A stretch of DNA of 64,000 nucleotides, taken from the NCBI GenBank assembly GCA_943788175.1, contig CALSPG010000001.1, forward strand, positions 224,001-288,000, read 5' to 3'. Shown one piece after another: positions 31,342 to 42,000 of this stretch; position 1 is the stretch's first letter; every line of letters starts with the position of its first letter. This DNA is from an uncultured bacterium (GTDB lineage Bacteria > Fidelibacterota > Marinisomatia > Marinisomatales > UBA1611). A model generated the notes under the pieces. The model saw nothing but the letters and a program-made list of their open reading frames with translations, was not told the origin of the DNA and did no database searches. The translations under genes were made by a program, and so were the position numbers.

Positions 31342-31902
31342 TTAATTATTTTTAGAATCTATTACAGTGGGTGGTGTTTCTTTTGGTTTGCTACCCCAAT
31401 AAGAAGGGCGTGTATTAAGCATATAAAATAGATTTTCAGAAGTACGATATACTATATCTACACCAATATTTCTGTAAAAGTTGTGAGCATAGTCTTGACC
31501 TTTATTGCTAAATATAGTCGATGCTATCAGCTTGTCATCCTGAAAAACTGATAAGAGTTTTCCAGAAACGGTATCAACGCCAAATGTAACCCATTTATTT
31601 GGATTTTTTGACATAACCATATCATAAGTTCCGCCGATAACTTTTTCAAAGAATTGGTCGATTTGCCTATCTTTAACAACTAACGAATCATTATCAAGGA
31701 TAGACCAAACTGAGTCAGTTTTAAAAAGAGTGATTGATTCACCAGAAGAATCTTTGAGTATAATTTTATTTATAATATCTGCATCTAAATCAAATATCGT
31801 TTCAGAGGTGCCTATGTATTTATTTTGTTGTCCTTGATTGATAAAATAAAGAAATAATAATGTGCCAAAGGCGATGAGTAAGTATTTTAAAGATTTATTC
31901 AT
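31342..31902 (-). CDS. DUF4340-like membrane-anchored protein
   Basis: N-terminal TM, ITLFK...W, TFGVD pattern; position after gldG-like gene. Confidence 0.6.
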   Translation of the reverse strand: MNKSLKYLLIAFGTLLFLYFINQGQQNKYIGTSETIFDLDADIINKIILKDSSGESITLFKTDSVWSILDNDSLVVKDRQIDQFFEKVIGGTYDMVMSKNPNKWVTFGVDTVSGKLLSVFQDDKLIASTIFSNKGQDYAHNFYRNIGVDIVYRTSENLFYMLNTRPSYWGSKPKETPPTVIDSKNN

Positions 31903-33403
31903 ATATTTGTTTTAGTATATCTGCTTTTGTTTTTTCATTCTTTGATCTGTAGAAGCCTAATCCAGCGATTATTAGTGAAGGTAAAAGGACATTAGCCCAT
32001 TTCCATCGAGTTCTTGTCCCGTCTTCAATCTCATCAAGAGGCCTATTGGTTATTTCACGAGAACGCAGTGCAATAAGTTCTTTTTCACCTGCTAAATAAT
32101 CAATAGCATTCATTAAAAAGACCATATTCTCAGGAATGGACATTCCTGCATCATCTGCTAGAAACTTTGAATCAGAAACTAGAATTAACTCCCCACCGGT
32201 AGCTAGCCTAGAGGCAGCGCCAACAATTTTACTATCCTGATTTAGGTTTTGGAGAAACGGGTTATTTTTTGGATCGGGACTAAGCATAAATCTACCCGCC
32301 ATGATGCCAGATTTATTAGAACTTGAAAATAGATCAGTCACTCCAATTACTTCGTCGCTTAGTAATGTATCTAGAACTATTTCACTTGGGAAAAAGACAT
32401 GTATCTGTTCGAGACCACTAACCACAAGTTCCTGATCATTAAAATTCTTAATTATTGGAAGAAATGGATATTCCATTGGTACGTTCATCCGGATAAAGCC
32501 CATTTGCTGTTGGACTTGTACACGCCCACAAGATTTATCTAGAACTAGATTTTTGTTAATAATTAGACCGTATGACTTTAATAAAGAGAATATATTTGAG
32601 TTTATTGGATTTGCTTGCTGAACTTGCATGTCGGTTAAAACAGCGCCTTGGGCCATAAAAATGTTTTTGCCAGAATTCATAAAACTTTGAATATTAGTAA
32701 TTGAATTATCGTCTAAAGTATCCGTAGCTCCACTTATTAACATCACATCAATATTATCCATTATTAAATCTTCATTTGAAAGATCTAATGATTGAACATT
32801 ATGATGTTGTCGTAATTGATTAGAAAGGTTTTCAGTTTTAACCTCTTCGGTTTTCGAAAGGTTCACAATGCCCACTGTTTTTTTATTTGTATTTACTAGA
32901 GTTTTAATTTTTGTTGTTATTAAATATTCTAAACCAGTAGCAGTTTGAATAACGGGTATAGTCTCTTTTTTATCCTCATAAAGCATCACCATTCCTAAAT
33001 ATACTTTCTTAATCTCTAGCTTGTCATCTTCAACAACCTGCATCTGAACAGGTTGTATACCATCCTTTTGTGCTTCTTCTTGTAGTTTTTCATTAGATTC
33101 CGGATCAGTAAAGAAAAATCGAATGTTATCAGACTTGGCTTCATACTCTTCAAGCAAATCTTGTAAATATCTTTTAGTATTAGATAGCTCGCCAGGGAGA
33201 TCGTTAGAGAAGTACACCTTCATAGTTAATAAGTCGTCAATTTTATCTACGATGTTTTCGCTCGAGCTACTCAGAGAATACATTTTGTTGTCAGTAAGAT
33301 CAAAACGTTTGTACCAGTTTCTACTAATTAAATTGAGTAATAATAATGCTCCTATTAAAATGAGAAGATATATTGTGAGAGAATTTCTATTTTTTACTAA
33401 CAT
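31895..33403 (-). CDS. gldG: GldG-like ABC transporter auxiliary component
   Basis: RFDLTDNKMYSLS, LEYLIT, NMVFLMNAIDYL, LIALRSR. Confidence 0.85.
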   Translation of the reverse strand: MLVKNRNSLTIYLLILIGALLLLNLISRNWYKRFDLTDNKMYSLSSSSENIVDKIDDLLTMKVYFSNDLPGELSNTKRYLQDLLEEYEAKSDNIRFFFTDPESNEKLQEEAQKDGIQPVQMQVVEDDKLEIKKVYLGMVMLYEDKKETIPVIQTATGLEYLITTKIKTLVNTNKKTVGIVNLSKTEEVKTENLSNQLRQHHNVQSLDLSNEDLIMDNIDVMLISGATDTLDDNSITNIQSFMNSGKNIFMAQGAVLTDMQVQQANPINSNIFSLLKSYGLIINKNLVLDKSCGRVQVQQQMGFIRMNVPMEYPFLPIIKNFNDQELVVSGLEQIHVFFPSEIVLDTLLSDEVIGVTDLFSSSNKSGIMAGRFMLSPDPKNNPFLQNLNQDSKIVGAASRLATGGELILVSDSKFLADDAGMSIPENMVFLMNAIDYLAGEKELIALRSREITNRPLDEIEDGTRTRWKWANVLLPSLIIAGLGFYRSKNEKTKADILKQIYE

Positions 33404-33407
33404 GTAT

Positions 33408-34121
33408 TTAACTCCATCTCCGAGACTCAACAAGTCTCGTGGTTAGAAAAAGGAAAAAACCTATCACAGAACCGAAATAAATAAGATTTCGAGTGTCGAT
33501 AACGCCTCTAGATATGTTGGAGAGATGATATTCAACGCTTAAATATTGTATCGTACCAGCAAGTAAATCCGGCATAAAGATCAAAACTTTATCAAAAAGC
33601 CAAAAAACAAAAATAATAGCGATGCCTACAATAAAAGAAATAACTTGATTATCAGTAACCGCGCTTGAAAACATACCAACAGAAGCATACACTGAACCAA
33701 CAAGGAGTAAACCTAGGTATCCAGTAAAAACAGCACCATAGTCAATTGAGTTTCCAAAAGAAGAAAGGGTAATAAAATGTAATGATGTAGTCAAAAGTGC
33801 TATGGCAATGAGTGCAACTGCTGATAAATATTTGCCAACTACGATATCTCTGTCATCAATAGGAAGTGTAGAAATAATTTCAATTGTACCAAGTCCTTTT
33901 TCTCTAGATATGAGTCCCATTGTTATTCCCGGGATAAAAAATAGGTACACCAAGGGTACAATATTAAAAAGTGTCCTTAAATCAGACTGACCATAAAGAA
34001 AAAACGTTGTTGTAAAGAACCATCCGTTCAGTAGCGCAAAAACGACAAGAAAAACATATGCCATTGGGCTATCGAAAAACGATTTTAGCTCCCTTTTAAA
34101 AATTGTTAGAGTGTTATGCAT
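33408..34121 (-). CDS. gldF: GldF-like ABC-2 permease
   Basis: RELKSFFDSPMAY, EKGLGTIE, TDNQVISF, RGVIDTRNLIYF. Confidence 0.85.
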   Translation of the reverse strand: MHNTLTIFKRELKSFFDSPMAYVFLVVFALLNGWFFTTTFFLYGQSDLRTLFNIVPLVYLFFIPGITMGLISREKGLGTIEIISTLPIDDRDIVVGKYLSAVALIAIALLTTSLHFITLSSFGNSIDYGAVFTGYLGLLLVGSVYASVGMFSSAVTDNQVISFIVGIAIIFVFWLFDKVLIFMPDLLAGTIQYLSVEYHLSNISRGVIDTRNLIYFGSVIGFFLFLTTRLVESRRWS

Positions 34122-35065
34122 TATGAAGGCTTACCATTGCTTGTTAAGTTTCGAAAAATATCCTCAAGGTTTTGTTTTGTGGCTACCATTTCTAAAATAA
34201 CCCATTTTTTAGAAACGGCATAATTGAATATATCAGCACGAGGATCTTTGTTATTTGAATATTCAATATTAATGTTAGTGTAAGAATCGTTTTTAGTAAT
34301 GCTATCTATATCAATAGATGGAATAGTCGCTTTCATATCTTTAATATCATTTTCATTAGCATTACTAACATCAATACTTAACTCAACTTTACCGCCAGCT
34401 GAATCTTTGAGAAGCGATTCACTAGAACCATCAGCTACAATAGAACCTTCATTGATAATTATGATTCTATCAACGGTAGCTTGTATCTCTTGTAAAATAT
34501 GAGAAGACATTAAAACAATTTTTTCTTTTCCAAGTTTTTTTATTAATTGTCTTATTTCAACAATCTGGTTTGGATCTAATCCAGTTACCGGCTCATCAAG
34601 AATTAGTATTTTTGGGTCGTGAATCATCGCAGCTGCTAAGCCAATTCTTTGTTTATAACCTTTAGAACAGTTGCCAATAGTTCGATGAGCAACAGCATTT
34701 AAAGAACATTCTTCAACAACTTTTTGAAATGCATTTTTAAAGTCGTTACTGGGAATACCTCTTATATCTGAAATAAATTTAAGATAATCATGAACTCTCA
34801 TTTCACTGTACAGGGGATTGAGCTCAGGTAAATAACCTATATCTTTTTGTATATCCGATGTGTCATCTTGTATGTTTCTATTTCCATAATAAACGTTGCC
34901 TGATGAGGGGGAGATGTAACCAGTCATTATTTTTAACGTTGTGCTTTTTCCGGCACCATTAGCACCAAGGAAACCAACTACTTGACCGTCCTGCAATTCA
35001 AAAGATATAGACTTTACTGCTTTTACGTCATCATAGTTTTTAGATAAGTTGTCTACTTTAATCAA
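34121..35065 (-). CDS. gldA: GldA-like ABC transporter ATPase
   Basis: GANGAGKST, SKGYKQR, LDEPVTGLDPNQ. Confidence 0.88.
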   Translation of the reverse strand: MIKVDNLSKNYDDVKAVKSISFELQDGQVVGFLGANGAGKSTTLKIMTGYISPSSGNVYYGNRNIQDDTSDIQKDIGYLPELNPLYSEMRVHDYLKFISDIRGIPSNDFKNAFQKVVEECSLNAVAHRTIGNCSKGYKQRIGLAAAMIHDPKILILDEPVTGLDPNQIVEIRQLIKKLGKEKIVLMSSHILQEIQATVDRIIIINEGSIVADGSSESLLKDSAGGKVELSIDVSNANENDIKDMKATIPSIDIDSITKNDSYTNINIEYSNNKDPRADIFNYAVSKKWVILEMVATKQNLEDIFRNLTSNGKPS

Positions 35066-35256
35066 AATATGTTCTCTGCTTTTTTATATCGTTAATGTTT
35101 AAATAATTAAAAAGTTCCAAAAATTTTAGACGAAATATTAATACTAAATATTTTTATGGTAAAATAATATTTTGGTTTGCGCACAAATTATATAAATATT
35201 TTTTAGTCTATATAGTCATATATACAATAGAATGTTTTTTTAAGCTTTAATAAAAC

Positions 35257-35286
35257 TTGACAATAGTATTTATTTGAAAATAACTT
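35257..35286 (+). promoter_or_regulatory. sigma70-type promoter for the Lys-rich miniprotein
   Basis: TTGACA (35257) - 18 nt - TAACTT (35281); AAGGAG RBS at 35341. Confidence 0.5.
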
Positions 35287-35352
35287 ATGATAACTGATAA
35301 ATGTATATCAGTGTTGTCGACAAACAATAACAGTTAACTAAAGGAGAATAGA

Positions 35353-35628
35353 ATGAAACGTTTCTATAGATTATTTATCTCTCTTCTCGTCATCGTTGGT
35401 ATCGTTGCAGTAGCTCCAGCTACTACAGTTGAAACCAAAACAGAGCAATGCGCAGTCAGCGCAGGTTCTTGTGGTGGTGGAGATTTCGTTTATGCAGATG
35501 CTGCAGATGATATCAAGAAGAAAAAGAAGAAGAAGAATAAGAAGAAAAAAGGAAAAGAAGGAAAAGGCAAAAAAGGTGGATCTTGGGGTAAGTGGAAGTC
35601 CAAGTGGAAGAAGAAAAGCTCTAACTAA
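35353..35628 (+). CDS. small exported lysine-rich protein (91 aa)
   Basis: Strong RBS, signal-like N-terminus, two Cys, 21 Lys in the last 37 residues, own terminator. Confidence 0.8.
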   Translation: MKRFYRLFISLLVIVGIVAVAPATTVETKTEQCAVSAGSCGGGDFVYADAADDIKKKKKKKNKKKKGKEGKGKKGGSWGKWKSKWKKKSSN

Positions 35629-35646
35629 TTTTCTTTTCTAATTAAC

Positions 35647-35682
35647 AATAAAAAAGGCGCTTATTTGCGCCTTTTTTATTTT
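35647..35682 (+). terminator. intrinsic (bidirectional-type) terminator
   Basis: AATAAAAAAGGCGC-TTATTT-GCGCCTTTTTTATT. Confidence 0.85.
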
Positions 35683-35758
35683 AGGAAGTTGCCTAAAAAT
35701 TTTGCTACTTTCTCTTTACTTGTACGATCATTCTTAAAAACTTTTAGTAGGATAAAAA

Positions 35759-36580
35759 ATGATAATATATAAAATATTAGTTTGTTTGTTTTTAGCTGTA
35801 CCTGTATTCAACTTAACCTATGCGCAAGATGATGTTGAAGAAAATAGCTTTGAGTCTTCGCATGACTTATATATTGCTTTCGATCAGACCAGTGGGAATA
35901 CAAATAATTTAGTTTCTGGTGCTGAGTACAGTTTTTCTTTATTAGGAGATCTCTTATCTTTTACTGATACAGAATTTTCTTTTTCTCTTAATGGTAATTA
36001 TGCCACCCTTGAAGAGGAACCTTATGCTCTCGATGGCAATATTCACACACAACTTGATCTTTGGGCAAATCAAAAATATTCTCCTTTTTTGTTTTTTGAC
36101 TACAGCTTTGATCGCTCGTTAGGTTTAATCAATAGAACAGACGTAGCACTTGGCGCTAAAGTTAGGCTAGGTAAAATCTTTTCTCTTAGCTATGCCTTTA
36201 TGTTTGAAGAAGAAGAATATGATTCAGTAGAAACTTTTTCCAGACATTCGTTTCGTCCAAAAATAAAATTAGTTTTATCTGAAGGCGCTCTTTTTATGGA
36301 CTACCGAGCCTTTTATAAGCCACGAGTTGAAGATTTTAATGATTATCTTCTAGAAAATACTTTAGTTCTATCTATTGCAACATTTTATGAAGCATTATCT
36401 GTAGATATTACATTGCAACATAGTTATAATAGTAAATATGAGGGAGACAATAAAGTTCTCAAACCTTTAGAAGAATGGGAAAGTGAATACGATTCCGACT
36501 ATGGAGATTTTGTATCTAAAGAGACTTTCTATAAAGATACAGATTTGTCCGCTTCCATCGGCTTTAGTTTATCTTTCTAA
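35759..36580 (+). CDS. outer membrane beta-barrel protein (DUF481-like)
   Basis: Signal peptide, QTSGNT, YKPRVEDFNDY, C-terminal IGFSLSF. Confidence 0.65.
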   Translation: MIIYKILVCLFLAVPVFNLTYAQDDVEENSFESSHDLYIAFDQTSGNTNNLVSGAEYSFSLLGDLLSFTDTEFSFSLNGNYATLEEEPYALDGNIHTQLDLWANQKYSPFLFFDYSFDRSLGLINRTDVALGAKVRLGKIFSLSYAFMFEEEEYDSVETFSRHSFRPKIKLVLSEGALFMDYRAFYKPRVEDFNDYLLENTLVLSIATFYEALSVDITLQHSYNSKYEGDNKVLKPLEEWESEYDSDYGDFVSKETFYKDTDLSASIGFSLSF

Positions 36581-36606
36581 ACCTTTTTTAATTAATTCTT
36601 AAAAAC

Positions 36607-36634
36607 GGGCGCAATTACACTTGCGCCTTTTATT
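36607..36634 (+). terminator. putative terminator hairpin before leuS
   Basis: GGGCGCAA-TTACAC-TTGCGCCT followed by TTTATT. Confidence 0.55.
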
Positions 36635-36640
36635 TATACT

Positions 36641-39058
36641 ATGGACTATAATCACCTAAAAATCGAAAAAAAGTGGCAAAAGTTTTGGGAGGATAACAAT
36701 ACTTTTAAAACTGAAGATTCGAAAGAAAAAGAAAAATGCTATATTCTTGACATGTTTCCTTATCCTTCTGGTTCAGGTCTACATGTGGGGCATCCTCTTG
36801 GCTATACTGCCACAGACATATATTCTCGCTTTAAAAGACTAAATAATTTTAATGTGTTACATCCTATCGGTTGGGATGCTTTTGGTCTACCTGCTGAGCA
36901 ATATGCACTAAAAACTGGCACCCACCCAAGCATTACTACTGAAAAAAATATAAATCGTTATAGGAAACAGTTGAAAATGCTTGGCTTTTCATATGATTGG
37001 GATAGGGAGGTAAATACAACTGATGCCAACTATTATAAATGGACGCAATGGATTTTCTTGCAACTATATAAAAAAGGACTCGCCTATGAAGCTGAGGTAC
37101 CAGTTAATTGGTGTCCTGAATTAAAAGCAGTTTTATCAAATGAAGAAGTCGTCGATGGGAAATCAGACATAGGAGGACATCCAGTTGAACGCTTGCCAAT
37201 GAGACAATGGATGTTTAGAATTACTGATTATGCAGAATCTTTATTGGAAGGACTAGAAGATTTAGATTGGCCAGAAAGCGTAAAGGAGTTACAACGTAAT
37301 TGGATTGGAAAATCAAATGGTTGTGAAGTTGATTTTAAAGTAAAATCTTTAAATCAAAGTATTACTGTATATACAACAAGACCAGATACGCTTTTTGGTG
37401 CTACTTATATGGTCCTTTCTCCAGAGCATCCACTAGTAGATAAACTCGTATCTAATGATCAAGTAGTACAAGTAAAAGATTATAAGAAACTTGCCTCAAT
37501 GAAGTCGGATTTTGATAGAGGGGAAATCAATAAAAACAAATCTGGTGTGTTTTTAGGATCATATGCTATAAATCCAGTAAATGATGAAAAGATACCAATC
37601 TGGATTGCTGATTATGTCTTGATGAGTTACGGCACAGGATCAATCATGGCCGTACCGGCACACGATGAAAGAGACTATGAATTTGCAAAGAAATTTAAAC
37701 TACCTATTAAAGAAGTTGTTTCTGGTGGATACATAGAAAAAGAAGCTCATAAAGACACTGATCATGGAGTTATGGTTAATTCGTCAAACAATCGAGATCT
37801 TGATTTAAATGGCTCTAGTATCAAATCAGCGATTGAGCAGGTAATTATTTGGCTTGAAAAAAAGCAATTAGGTAAAAGAAAAACTCAATATAAGCTTAGA
37901 GATTGGCTTTTTTCTAGGCAGAGATACTGGGGTGAACCAATTCCAATAATTCATCACAAAGATGGTAGTGTAGTACCTCTTGATAATTCAGATTTACCTT
38001 TAACACTTCCTCAAGTAGAAAAATATGAGCCTACTGGTACAGGGGAGTCTCCTTTAGCTGGTATATCTGATTGGGTTAATACGGAGGATGGAAGAAGAGA
38101 AACAAACACAATGCCTCAGTGGGCGGGATCGTGCTGGTACTATTTACGTTATATTAGTCCGAATGACAATAGTGTTGCATGGAATAAGGATGATGAGAAA
38201 TACTGGATGCCTGTTGATCTCTATGTTGGAGGCGTAGAGCATGCAGTTTTACATCTTCTATATTCAAGATTCTGGCACCACGTGCTTCACGACTTAGGTT
38301 TAGTATCAACCAGAGAGCCATTCAAAAAGCTTTATAATCAGGGTATGATTGGCGGGGAAGATGGTCAAAAAATGAGTAAATCCAGAGGGAATGTTGTAAA
38401 TCCTGATGATGTTGTTGAAAAGTTTGGAGCAGATAGCTTTAGAGTTTATGAGATGTTTATGGGACCATTAGATAAGTCAAAACCATGGAATACTAAAGGT
38501 TTGCAAGGTTCGTACAGATTCATACAAAAAGTTTGGAAAGCTTGTATTGAAAATAAAGATAAGATAAATAATCGAAATGAATCTTCTGACCAAACGATAA
38601 GAATTCTCCATCAAACTATAAAGAAAGTCACTAAAGATTTAGAAAACTTGAGTTTTAATACTGCTGTATCACAAATGATGATTTTCATTAACCATATTTT
38701 AACGCTTAAAAGTTATGACGAGGATGTAATTAGGTCTTTCCTGATCATCCTAAATCCATTTGCTCCACATATTTCAGAAGAAATAAATGAATTATTATCA
38801 TTAAGTAATGGCGAACCAATTTCTAGTCAACATTGGCCTAAGTATGTTGAAAGTTTAATTGCTACAGCAAACATGACAATTGCAGTGCAATTTAATGGAA
38901 AAACTAGAGGAACTATTGATGTGAGCACTGATTCTAGTAAAGATGAAATTATACAAAATATTACTAAAAACGATAATTTTAAGAAGTATTTTGTAGATGT
39001 CGAAATAGTAAAAGAGGTCTACGTTCCAAAACGTTTAGTGAACTTAGTATTCAAATAA
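36641..39058 (+). CDS. leuS: leucine--tRNA ligase
   Basis: [14 protein letters not shown] (HIGH), [14 protein letters not shown] editing domain. Confidence 0.98.
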   Translation: MDYNHLKIEKKWQKFWEDNNTFKTEDSKEKEKCYILDMFPYPSGSGLHVGHPLGYTATDIYSRFKRLNNFNVLHPIGWDAFGLPAEQYALKTGTHPSITTEKNINRYRKQLKMLGFSYDWDREVNTTDANYYKWTQWIFLQLYKKGLAYEAEVPVNWCPELKAVLSNEEVVDGKSDIGGHPVERLPMRQWMFRITDYAESLLEGLEDLDWPESVKELQRNWIGKSNGCEVDFKVKSLNQSITVYTTRPDTLFGATYMVLSPEHPLVDKLVSNDQVVQVKDYKKLASMKSDFDRGEINKNKSGVFLGSYAINPVNDEKIPIWIADYVLMSYGTGSIMAVPAHDERDYEFAKKFKLPIKEVVSGGYIEKEAHKDTDHGVMVNSSNNRDLDLNGSSIKSAIEQVIIWLEKKQLGKRKTQYKLRDWLFSRQRYWGEPIPIIHHKDGSVVPLDNSDLPLTLPQVEKYEPTGTGESPLAGISDWVNTEDGRRETNTMPQWAGSCWYYLRYISPNDNSVAWNKDDEKYWMPVDLYVGGVEHAVLHLLYSRFWHHVLHDLGLVSTREPFKKLYNQGMIGGEDGQKMSKSRGNVVNPDDVVEKFGADSFRVYEMFMGPLDKSKPWNTKGLQGSYRFIQKVWKACIENKDKINNRNESSDQTIRILHQTIKKVTKDLENLSFNTAVSQMMIFINHILTLKSYDEDVIRSFLIILNPFAPHISEEINELLSLSNGEPISSQHWPKYVESLIATANMTIAVQFNGKTRGTIDVSTDSSKDEIIQNITKNDNFKKYFVDVEIVKEVYVPKRLVNLVFK

Positions 39059-39092
39059 CAACTGTCAATCATTTTAAATTGAGGATTCGAAC

Positions 39093-42000
39093 ATGAGGTT
39101 TTTTATAAAAAATATTTGTATCTTTTTTTTATTAACTGTTTTCCTATTTGCTGATGATAATATTAACAACCAGATAGAAAACGATCATAGGATTAGGAAT
39201 TTTGCTTTTATAGGACCTTTTTCAAAAGATTTTAACTCTGATTCACTAGCTAAGTCCTTTAGCTTCAAAAATATTGAAATTGAAAAAGATTTAGTAATTA
39301 ATGGATCTAAATTTAGGTTTCTTAAACCACCTGCTTCTAATGGTTCCATAGGCTTTCATAATATTTGGCATTATTATCCAGAAATTCAGACCGAAGAAGT
39401 TGTTTTAGCTATATCTATAGTTAATTCAAAAACTAATCAGTCTATAACTGCTTCTATTTTTAACGAATGGTATTGCAAAGCTACTATATATATAAATGGT
39501 AAAATTATTTATGACCCGAATAGCAACGTAAAATCAGAATTTTCAAGAGGTTTATTAAAGGCTGGTGATAATTTAGTGATTGTGAAAATTGACGCAATCA
39601 GAGAACCTGGCTTTAATTTAGTTCTTTATCCTGAAACTAGAGCAGAGGTTTCAGGAAAAGTACTCGATTCTTTTGGGAAACCTGTACCGTATGCTTCTGT
39701 AAGATTATATGAATTAAATGAAAAAAGATGGGTTTCTGGCGATGCAAATTCAAAAGGTGAATATACATTAAATATATTTCCAGCTAATAATGAAGGTGAG
39801 TATAATTTATTCTCAAGCGCTGGAGATGATAAAAAATATTTTAAATTATTAAATAACATCAGACCAGGTGATAGAAAGACTTTAAATATTAAAGTTGGCC
39901 CAAGGCCAAAAATAAAAGGTAAAATTTTAAATCTTGATGATAATGGTAGGCAAAGTGGAGTGGTCGTACAAGCTGTTGGCTTAAATAGTAGTGGTAAAGA
40001 GGATAAAAGGCAAATATTTACTAGCCAAAGTGATGTAGAAGGTGAATTCAATTTCAATAATTTACCAAATTCTCATAATTTTTTAATTAGAGTTCACGGT
40101 GAGAAAGACTTTATTTATTATCTGGACAAAAATGGTAACAACAAAGTTTTTAACTTAAATAAACCAAATGACAGTTTTGAAAGCTTAAAGTTTAATGTTT
40201 CTCGTACTTCACGAGGTACTTGGAGTCAAATTACTTATACAGATGGCTTAACAAGTAACTACTCTATGTCGAGCGTAATTGATGAAGAAAATAAGTTTTG
40301 GTTTGGTACTTATACAGGAATTTCTATTTATGATGGTCAAGAAATAAAAAATATTACTCAATATGATGGCTTACCTCAGAGCCCGGTTCTTAGTCTCTAC
40401 AAAGATAATAATAATAAAATATGGGCTGCTGCTGCAGATCCTTTCTGGAAAAATGAAGGTGGCTTAGTAAAGTTTGAAAATGAAAAAATACAAAAAGTAT
40501 TTTCTGATGATGATGGATTTCCTTACAAAAATATTAGAGCAATTTCTCAAGATATAAATAATAATATGTTAATAGGGGGTAATGGAGGTCTTTCTATTTA
40601 TGATGGAAATAGTTTTACAAACTATTCTGCTTTAGATGGTATTCCTTTTGGCTACATTACTGATATTATGGTAGAGGGAATAAATATTTGGCTTGGTTCT
40701 TTAGATGGGTTAGTGCTTTACAATGGTAAAAAGTTCAGAGTCTATAACAAGGATGATGGATTAATTAATCAATGGGTCAGATGTATTAAAAAAGGTCCAA
40801 AGGGAAATATATGGATTGGAACTCGAGGTGGTATATCTATTTTTGACGGAACTAAATTTAAAAATATTAATCGTTTGCAGGGTCTTCCAAATAGAGAGAT
40901 TAATGATATTTACTTTGATGATTCAGGGGAAGCTATTATAACGACTCAAAGAGGTGTCTACAGGTATAATAGTACTACATTTGTGCGACTTAACCCTAAA
41001 ATGGCAGGGCATGATTTTGGCCTTCGAAATGTTCATCAAATTAATCGATCAAGCGATGGCATTTATTGGTTTAATGATTGGAGTGGCTCAGGTATTGTAA
41101 AATATGATCCAAGGTCAATTATTAATACTACATTCACTGATAGTTTCCCCAAAACTAGTATTAATGATATTGAAGTAGATAAAAATAGAAATTTATGGTT
41201 TGGAACAGCAAATCATGGATTGATTAAAGTCTCAGAAAATAAAATTGTTAAAAAATTAAATAGAGAAAATGGTTTGAGGTCGAATGAAGTTTTAGCTATT
41301 GATTTTGATATATATGGTAATGTTTGGATAGCTACAGAAAATGCTTTGTCTAAATATGATGGTAGAGAAATAAAGAATTATACTGTTGAAGATGGTCTTC
41401 CATCAAGCAATATTAGAGATTTAGTTGCGGATAAAAGAGGTTTTATATGGTTAGCAACCCAAAAAGGCGTAACGAGATTTGATGGATTAGAAGCAAAAAA
41501 TTTCGATGAAAAAAATGGCCTTACTGCTCAGGTATCAACTGGCCTACATATTGCCAAGGGTGGTCCAAATGATATTATTGTTTTTAGTATATACAATTAT
41601 GGATTCTCTATACTTAAAGATGGCAAATTTACTAATTACGGTGTAAGTGAGGGGCTCCCTGACCCAAGGATATCAGGTGTAGACATAGATAGCGAAGGTA
41701 ATATTTGGTTAGGTTCTGATGGCTCCGGTGTAATAAAATTTGATGGAAATAATTTTAAACAGTATAAAAGAGAAGATGGTGTAGCTAATCCTGAAATTTG
41801 GACTCTTCATGTAGATGATTATGATAGAGTTTGGATAGGTACTTATGGAGGCGGTGTTGGATTTTACGATGGTGAAACATGGACTACACTTGATAAAAGA
41901 GATGGTATTGTTGATAATGATATTTCAGCGTTAACTAGCTTTGGCGGGAATGTATTTTGGTTTGGAAGTGGAAAGGGCGCAGGGTTTAGTGAATACAGGC

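Noticed and set aside
35353-35628. RiPP precursor cluster
   Set aside because: The CAVSAGSCGGG segment is suggestive, but no radical SAM, YcaO, lanthipeptide or dedicated peptidase-transporter gene is adjacent.
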